From Paragordius varius (Eukaryota; Animalia; Nematomorpha): a stretch of 64,000 nt of DNA. Position numbers and translations under genes: made by a program. This document shows, piece by piece, positions 55,226-64,000 of this stretch; within the stretch, counting starts at the first letter, position 1, and every line of letters starts with the position of its first letter. The DNA is taken from NCBI GenBank assembly GCA_964247055.1, contig OZ176055.1, positions 5,332,001 through 5,396,000 on the forward strand. Direction: 5' to 3'. Below the pieces are notes generated by a model. It was not told the DNA's origin and made no database searches. It saw nothing but the letters and a program-made list of their open reading frames with translations.

Positions 55226-57428
55226 TTAATCGACTTCTTCAATGGTGGGACCTCCTCCTGCACCAGGAGCACCAGCACCGCCAGGCATGCCACCCATTCC
55301 TCCGGGCATCCCTCCAGGCATTCCACCGGGCATACCGCCTCCAGCTCCTGCAGCTTGATACATCTTGGTCATGACAGGATTAGCAATGTGTTCGAGTTCC
55401 TTTTGTTGATGTTCATACTCGTCTTTTTCGGCCATTTGGTTCTTCTCCAACCAACTGAGCGTTTCGGTGCAAGCAGCAAGAACCTTTTTGCGATCATCTT
55501 CACTGATTTTATCCTTAACTTTATCATCCTCCAAAGTGGAACGCAAATTGAAGGCATAAGCCTCAAGACCATTCCTTGCAGCTACGCGATCGCGTTGAGC
55601 GGCATCTTCGTTTTTGTACTTCTCGGCATCATTGACCATGCGTTCAACTTCCTCTTTACTAAGACGACCTTTCTCATTTGTAATCGTAATTTTGTTTTCC
55701 TTGCCAGTGGTTTTTTCAACCGCACTAACGTTAAGGATACCATTGGCGTCAATGTCAAAAGTAACTTCAATTTGGGGAACACCTCTGGGGGCGGGTGGGA
55801 TGCCAGTTAATTCAAACTTTCCGAGCAAATTGTTGTCTTTAGTCATAGCGCGTTCACCTTCAAACACTTGAATGCACACACCTGGTTGATTGTCGGAATA
55901 AGTTGTAAATGTCTGTGTCTGTTTCGTAGGGATCGTAGTGTTGCGTTTAATTAGGGATGTCATAACACCACCAGCAGTTTCAATACCAAGAGAAAGAGGC
56001 GTGACATCGAGCAAAAGGAGATCTTGAACGGCTTGATCCTTTTCGCCAGTAAGAATAGCAGCTTGTACGGCTATAAATTGTTTAAAAGATTTATAAGAAT
56101 ACTAAAAATTAATTTAAAATTTGTAAATTATCAGACATCCAAGGAAGGATTTTTGCTATCATGTTTCCGCAGAAATTTAGTGGAAACCGCGAATTGGAGA
56201 ACTTCATCATATATTAAACAATATAATATGCATACCTGCACCATAGGCAACAGCTTCATCCGGATTGATACTTTTGTTAAGTTCTTTACCATTGAAAAAA
56301 TCTTGAAGGAGCTTTTGAATTTTAGGAATACGGGTAGAGCCACCAACCAAAACAATTTCGTTAATCTGTTTCTTATCCATCTTAGCATCACGCAGAGCCT
56401 TCTCAACGGGTTCGAGGGTGCTACGGAATAAATCATTATTTAATTCTTCAAAGCGAGCACGTGTTATGGTAGTATAAAAATCGATTCCTTCATAAAGTGA
56501 ATCAATTTCAACACTAGCTTGGGAGCTAGAAGATAGCGTTCTTTTAGCACGTTCACAAGCTGTCCGTAAACGACGCACTGCTCTTTTATTATCGGATATA
56601 TCCTTTTTGTTTTTACGTTTAAACTCCTGAATAAAGAAATTGACCATTCGATTATCAAAATCTTCTCCACCCAAATGGGTATCTCCTGCTGTTGATTTGA
56701 CTTCAAAAATGCCATCTTCTATTGTTAATATAGAGACATCAAAAGTTCCACCACCCAAATCAAATATCAAAACATGATTCTCGCCATGTCCTTTCTTATC
56801 AAGACCGTATGCAATAGCAGCTGCAGTAGGTTCATTTATAATACGTAAAACATTTAGTCCAGCAATCGATCCTGCATCCTTAGTGGCTTGACGCTGAGAA
56901 TCGTTGAAGTAGGCGGGAACAGTAACAACAGCATCTTTCACAGGCTTCCCTAGGTATGCTTCGGCAATTTCTTTCATTTTAACCAAAACCATAGCGGAAA
57001 TCTCTTCGGGATAAAAAGTTTTTTCCTCGCCCTTAAATTGAACTTTAATCTTTGGTTTGCCGCCGTCGTTTATAACAGTAAACGGCCAATGCTTCATATC
57101 CGATTGCACAGTTTGGTCATCAAATCGGCGCCCAATCAACCGCTTAGCATCTGTATAAAGAATATAATTTTGATAAATAAAATACAAAAATAATATATGA
57201 AAAATTTATTCAAAAATATGGAGACATACCGAAAACCGTATTAGTTGGATTCATGGCTACTTGATTTTTGGCAGAATCACCGATTAAACGTTCTGTATCA
57301 GTAAAAGCTACATAACTGGGAGTGGTGCGATTCCCCTGATCATTTGCAATGATCTCAACTTTTCCATGGGTAAAAACACCAACACAAGAATAGGTTGTCC
57401 CCAAGTCAATACCAATAGCTTTAGCCAT
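55226..57428 (-). CDS. HSP70: Cytosolic HSP70 (Hsc70/HSPA-type), 3 exons
   Basis: Exons 57428-57230, 57150-56236, 56070-55226 (introns 79 and 165 nt). Signatures [36 protein letters not shown]; GGMP repeats and PTIEEVD end. Confidence 0.97.
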
Positions 57429-57480
57429 AGAGATAATAAAATTTTAATAATGGATATAATGAAAAATAGAAAATATTGAG

Positions 57481-57488
57481 TTTATATA
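57481..57488 (-). promoter_or_regulatory. TATA box of HSP70
   Basis: TATATAAA on the minus strand, about 53 bp upstream of the ATG at 57428. Confidence 0.7.
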
Positions 57489-57495
57489 GTATCGA

Positions 57496-57520
57496 AGAAT
57501 AATCTAGAAACTCTAAGAAA
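57496..57520. promoter_or_regulatory. Heat-shock element
   Basis: aGAAtaATCtaGAAacTCTaaGAAa: GAA at 57497, 57507 and 57517 (10-bp period) with imperfect TTC units between, directly upstream of the TATA box. Confidence 0.65.
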
Positions 57521-57838
57521 AGATGAACGTATTTGATTGGTTGAAAATTATAAAGTCATTATACGTCTCATTTGTAACTAACATTTAATTTAAAAAATAT
57601 TAAATTTTATTTATTTATGACGCTATTTGACGTTTTCTATCAATCTTATTAAATTATTTTTATATTAAAAATATTCAGATTTATTTGTATATAACCATAA
57701 ATATATTACAGTCAAAAAAGATTAACTGAAATTTGTCCGACTTAGGACTTTCTGTTAACCAGTATTTTGTTAATTATATTAGACGGGGAATAAAAAATAT
57801 ATAAGCTTTACGGTAACTGTAAAATACCATCGTATTAA

Positions 57839-58390
57839 CACTTCGATTAAAATTGGGGTATCTAAATACCCCAGACTAAATCTTAGTTAGGATTTTTAAA
57901 AAACTACTGAATGAAATGGTCACAATTTAAATTTATGCTTCTATCCTAATAAAAATTATATAAATATGCCAAAATAATTAAATAAAATTTTGTTTTGAAA
58001 AAAAGTTCCATGTCAAACTGCTTCGACGCCATTTTGTTTTACAAAATATCTTTTAATTTTAAGGGTAAAATTAAGGCTAATTTTTTATTTAAATTACATC
58101 TAACTTTGATAGAAATAGAAAAAGCGGTTTATTTTGTATTATTTTTCAATTTGCATACATGTTACGTGGACTAAATTTTTAGCATTCGGTTTTAGCTTAA
58201 AATAAGTAATATCAAGTATTTTTGAATAAATTTTTTTATAGATTTCGGTTTATTAATGTTATGTAAGTGCAAAATTTTGCAATAGTTTCGATTCCTCCCA
58301 TATTTTTTGAAGAATTTATTTGAAACAAGCCTGTATTTAACTACCCCAATTTGAATCGAAGGACTAAAATGAATGTGTTGTATCCAAGTG
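57839..58390 (+). mobile_element. piggyBac-like MITE, full copy (552 bp)
   Basis: TTAA at 57835-57838 and 58391-58394; closely similar to 7778-8343. Confidence 0.82.
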
Positions 58391-59023
58391 TTAATACACC
58401 AATATGTAAGTTCTTAATTAAACTAGGCAGTTCCATACAGGAATTTGTCTTTAAATGAGATGAAAAATATATATATATAATTAAAAGCTATCCCTTAAAT
58501 TACATAAAATTGGCATGTCTTTTGACTTACGCTTTAGAAGCAAACAAATTATGTGTTAATTCGATGCCATCCAATTAATAAGAGCTTTTTGTAGAACACA
58601 CAAAGATCTTGATATATTATTCCAATTATAAAAACTCAATCTAAATTAAATTCATATATTTGGGTATATTTTACGGCAAGTTATTTTGCAAATATATTTG
58701 TGCATTTTAATATTTATACCTGATTTTAAATAATAAAATTGTTTTAATAAATATATCTTAACAAATAAGTGGACACAAATTAACACTTCAAGACATTTTG
58801 GGGTAGTTCCCCAAGGCTCTTTGAAATTCTAATATCTAAAAAATTAACTTTTGGGCCAAATTTAAAAATTTTTTAATATTTTTTAATGTATAGTAATAAA
58901 ATCCTCATCTCAAACTGTTTCGCCATTTTTGAAATTTTTGAAATCGCCAATACAACGGCAATTATATGTATGTTATGGTTAGAAAATCAAAATAAATACC
59001 TTTGGAAAGTTTATTAAATTCAA

Positions 59024-60838
59024 CACTGTGTGCAAAAAATTTTTTAATTTTTTCATGTATTAGCTCATGACCAGAGAATTCATTTGCCGCTAAAAATTTT
59101 ATTTGTTGACGACTTAGTTCTCAAAATATTGAGAGAAAATCGAAATTGGGCAATGAATAAAAATTAACGATATTTAAAAAAAAATTATGATAGAACTTGA
59201 GATATTATGGTTTAGTACCGTTTCAGCAGATATTTAAAATTTATAAATAGCATAAAATGATATAGTTAGAATTTTTATAAAAATTCAGATCAAAAAATCG
59301 CGTTTTTCAATTAACGGACTTAAAAGACAAAATTTTTATGAAAGTATATTAAAATATTTTTTAATTATTTTATCGCTAAGCTTACGATTAAAATCTTAAT
59401 ATTCATATTTTATTCAGTTAAAAAACTTAAGCATCAAAATGAAACTAAAAAATTGTTTTTTTTTTTAATTTTTTTGTCACCTAGTTTATGAGTGTATAAA
59501 AATATACTATTATATTTTGAAGACTTACATGAGCGAAAATTATAGATTGTATAAATTATTACAAAATAATAGGGCTTGGAACCGGAACTGGAACCGCATA
59601 GAACCGAAACCCGCTTCTTGAGATTCTAACAAGAACCGATTCCACTGGAACCAATGCGGTTCCGTTTCCAACCGTTTAGGAACCAACCCGGTTCTGGTTC
59701 CATTACCTTAATTACTGGTTCCCATATGATTTTTATTATGAAATTTTATATTATTATTTAAATTAGATTGTGCCACTACTTATTTAATACTTCAAACCTA
59801 AAACTAAGCGTTTAATATTATATTATCGATACTCTCTGAATTTTGGGCGATTCGGCTGCTTTAAAAAAACTAATAGTCATAACTCAAGTTTATTTATAAA
59901 ACACATATTAGTATATATTGGTCTCCGTTGAAAGGAGTTTTTTAACCCTTAAGACCTGTGAAGCAGTTGGAACAGCAGATTGATTAGTGCAAAAAAATTT
60001 AAAAGTTAACTAAAGTTTTTTTTAAAATATAATTCATTTAACACTCATTATTATATACCTTTTTATACATTTTCCTATTATCTTTTTATTATTTGTTTTA
60101 TTTATTATGCTAAACTATATTTCTTTCACTATACATTTGGCAATTCCTACTAAATTTTATTTATAATTGTTATTATTTGGTTGGATTAATATTATAATAA
60201 TTTCGTAAAATCATTTAATCAAAAATCAGGAACCGAAAATGGAACCGGTTCTAAATATAAAGAGCCGATTTCGGCCTGCATAATAATATTTACAAGTAGT
60301 GGAATATCAACCGAAAATCCGTAGAATCCCCGTAACATGTTTGTTTTAACACAAATTAATTTTAATTGGATTTGTACGGATTTTGGTTGATATTCCACTA
60401 CTTGCACCAGATATCAAAAAAAAATGAAAAAATAAAAAACAATATTTTTTTAGTTTTGATATATAAGTTTTTTTAATGAATAAAATCTGAATATTAAGAT
60501 TTTAATATAGTTTCATAAAAAATTTTGTCTTTTAAGTCCGTTAATCTAAAAAGGGGCATTTTTTGATCTGGATTTTTATAAAAACCCTAACTATATCATT
60601 TTCTAATGTTATAAATTGTAAATATCTGCTAAAATGATAATGAACCATAATATCTAAAGTTCTATCATAATTTTTACATATGTTAATTTCAACTTTTTGG
60701 GTAATTTAGATTTTTCTCTCAGTATTTCAACTGGCTTGTCAACAAATGAAATTTTTGCGGCAAATAAATTCGCTGGTCATAAGCTATCTCATGAAAAAAA
60801 ATTGTTAAAAAATTTAACCCTAACTTTTGCACACAGTT
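59024..60838. mobile_element. Second foldback / long-TIR element copy
   Basis: CACTGTGTGCAAAA start and TTTTGCACACAG end; about 400-bp inverted arms similar to those of 10290-11929; different central filler with GAACCG repeats. Confidence 0.7.
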
Positions 60839-62339
60839 TATCTCAGCAAACGCTTGATAAATATTGATTTAATATCAGCTGTTTTTATTAATTAGTTTTA
60901 AATTGATCTAATTTTGGCCTTATATGTTAAAAAACTGTAAAAATCCAAGTTTTTTGTCCAATACAAAAGCAGAGGATGGTATAATTGCACTTTAAACAAA
61001 ACAACTTTAAAAACAGTAGTATATTTATTACTTGAGGTTCTGGCGTAGAAAACTACCCCAAAATGTCATCGCGTACAAAAAAATAAAAATGCAATAAAGT
61101 GTCAATATTTACCAATAACAAACTGCTCCAATATTAGGCCAATAATTTTGATTTTGAATATACCGCCTCGCATGTCTAAGTTGAGGGAAAACAATTAGGA
61201 TGACTTGCACTCATATTATTATATTTTTATATTGATTTAGCCCATCTTGCTAAAACTCAATATACCTTATTCTTTGTGATTTATTTAAACATTTCCCCTA
61301 AATTTAAATTATTATTGAAATAAACAAACTCTTCAACATGATGAAGATCGAAAAACCGAAATGCACATATTTCAAATAAAATTCAGAATTTTTTTTTATA
61401 AATTAGAAAATATAGAAAATACCAAAATAAAAATATATAAACTGTATTTTTTTAACCACTCAAAAATTTCAAAATCAAATAAATTTTCGAATTATATGAA
61501 TTAAGCAATCATTCCATAAAAGAAACTTTGTAACAAAGACCATTTTTAGGGCCGCGGCTTGAGTGTGACTGGCTTGAACCTTCATTAAAATAAAAAATAA
61601 TGCTATGCGACAATTTGGTTAATTTCAAAGAATACCACCCCTTTATTTATATATAAGATATGCATGTCCTGTCACCGTCCCTGTTTGACTAAGTCGAAAT
61701 CAAGTATTTTTTCAGCAATCGGGCCAAATCAAAATTATGCGTATGAAACAGGTGAAAAAATACCCTCTAACATCCTTGTGGACATTTTTTTTCATTCGTC
61801 CAATTCTATGTAAATTGACCAGGCATAGCTTAGTAAAAAATGGAAAAAACCGCCTTGTTTTTACTTAATATTATATGGGGGTGTTGTGCATATTATTTAT
61901 CACCCATTTGCTTTATTAATTAAACTCCCAAAGGGAAACATTTAATTTTAAATTATACATTGGGGTAAATTAATTCAAAGCTTATGATTTTTAATAATAA
62001 AAAAAGGTATGATCATCAAAAAATTATGTTTGTGTAATATAAAAAATTTAAGTCGCGTTCCACTTCTGGTCTCCAATCATCACATTATTTCTTGTTTTAG
62101 TTATTGTATATTTCTTATTTTTATATTTTCCCTCCGTCTAATCTGTCGTTTTTTACGAGACATTGATGCCTGGCTATATGACCTAAGTGATTAACTGCAT
62201 ATTTTCGAATTTTGTCCAACATCATTAGCAATGAGAGATAAAGAAATTGCATTTTTATCAAACAAATCATATTCTCGTGTCACAAATTTTTCGGAATACT
62301 GATTAAATTTAATTAACACACCCTAAAACTACATTACTT

Positions 62340-62602
62340 ACAAAACGGAGATAAGGTTACTTTGGCCACGTCATCCGCAACAACAAATTGGATAAAACAA
62401 TCATGCTGGGCCTGGTAGAGGGTAAGTGTAAAAGAGACAGACCCAGAAAAAGATGATTAAAACAATCAACAGACAACACTCACCTAACAATATCCAATCT
62501 GATCAATTTATTCTCAGACAGATCAGCCTACAGAAAATTTGTTTATGAAGTCCAGCAAAAGTTGAATAATTAACTACGCTGTCATTCATCATTCATTCCA
62601 TT
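62340..62602 (+). mobile_element. RTE LINE 3' fragment with microsatellite tail
   Basis: YFGHVIRNNKLDKTIMLGLVEGKCKRDRPRKR*, followed by a (TCAT)n-like tail. Confidence 0.7.
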
Positions 62603-63494
62603 CGGGATTTAAAATATCAATAAAAAATAAATATCGTATTGTAACAATTAACTTACCATGACTGCTAGGCAAAGTATAAAGAATTTTATAAAGTTATAAA
62701 TTCAAAAAGTATTCAAATTTGTAAAAATTTTAAATTTTTTAACAATTTTTTTTGAATTTTTAAAGGGTAAAGGCTATAAATATTCTATAAAAAAATTTAA
62801 TTGACAAAATGATAATTAATATGATAGCGATTCAATAGGTCAAAAAATTATGAAAAAATAAAATTATTTTTGTCCATTTTATAAATGTTTGATAATTATA
62901 TTTAGCAACAATAATTACCATAATATTGCAAAAGTTGTAACATCCACTCCAAAAAATACCCCAATTATTAAAAATTCGAAATTTTAATTCTGATATAGAC
63001 CAGTTATTAATGGTATGTGGGTAAAACCAAAGTGGCGCCAAAATCAAGATTTTATGGTAAGAAATTCCCTAAATCAAAATTCTGAGATTATAGAACTTTT
63101 TGCAAATATCGAAAAACTTCTTTTTCATATAAGGTAAGACAATATATTGGGTTCCCTCTATATATTAGAGTTAATAAATGTTGTTTTAATAAAAAATTAT
63201 TTATTTAACCGCATATTAACAATTCATCACAAAATGCGATATTTTAGTTTATATTCTTTAAAATCTTTCTCAAACCCACGACAGATGTAAAATCATGGTT
63301 GATAATATAATGCGTTTAGAATTATCCTTATGCTATAAATAAATAAAATTTAGTGGACACGTTTTAATCTATTGATTTTATTTGACCTAATATGCGATTT
63401 TTTGATATTGGCTAATAATAGAAAAATTAAAATAACTTTTTTTCTATTTTAACCGCATATATCATTTCGATATTCATTATTCTGAAGCTATTAA

Positions 63495-63953
63495 CTATCT
63501 AATATTATATGATTCATTAACATTTATTTGATCCCCATTTTCGCAGCACAGTGTTTGAGGATCCTTTTCATTAAGATTATGGTCCAACTTCAAAGTTATT
63601 TTTAAAGATTTGATTACTCGGTGTATAGTGGATTTAGATAATTTTATTATTTTTTCATCTTCTATCATTTTTTTTAATTGGTTAATCGTTAATGACGGCT
63701 GATAAGTTAGTTTATTATTTATGAAATGCATAATATCTTCCGTAACTTTTTTGTTTCTAGTGCCTCCACGAGTTTGAATTTCATAACTATTGTTTTTTTT
63801 ATATTTATACAAAATTTGACGAGCAGTATTATAGTTTATGTCTAAATCCTTTGATACATCCACAGTCGATTCTCCATCAAAAAAAACTCGTTTTACTAAT
63901 AGCTTCCTATCTTGAGATATAACTAATTTTTTCTTGATTCCTGTTTCTGACAT
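63495..63953 (-). pseudogene. Truncated IS630-Tc1-mariner-like transposase (N-terminal DNA-binding part only)
   Basis: 152-aa ORF with an HTH-like segment, an RGG.R linker and an SKSTIHRVIK second HTH, the usual layout of these transposases; no DDE domain follows. Confidence 0.6.
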
Positions 63954-64000
63954 TACTAAAATATTATAAAATAAAATACCTTTTATGGGTAATTTGATTT

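Noticed and set aside
55214-56436. Antisense and alternative-frame ORFs over HSP70 (198, 135, 101, 85 aa and others)
   Set aside because: Antisense open frames are a well-known by-product of HSP70 codon usage; no independent evidence.

Overview
Very AT-rich (about one quarter G+C by eye) eukaryotic, most likely invertebrate animal, genomic DNA; the species cannot be named from the sequence. Three intron-rich genes were reconstructed by hand: FUBP/Psi-type KH protein (minus, 168-5217, 12 exons), a stand-alone CPS1/CPS-III-type carbamoyl-phosphate synthetase (plus, at least 35864-52870, at least 33 exons) and a cytosolic HSP70 (minus, 55226-57428, 3 exons, with TATA box and heat-shock element). 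IQ-motif coding exons lie at 13.9-14.3 kb and 23.1-23.4 kb. The rest is mostly transposon debris: RTE LINEs, a TTAA piggyBac-like MITE family, hAT and Tc1-like non-autonomous elements, foldback elements and (TA)n tracts. The most unusual signal is in splicing. Three GT-AG introns of only 23, 23 and 25 nt are needed to restore conserved motifs, yet they coexist with multi-kb introns, and only about 7 of 45 inferred donors carry +5 G. The CPS keeps both the glutaminase triad and the N-acetylglutamate-site residues and has several lineage-specific insertions. All exon boundaries are manual inferences without RNA data.
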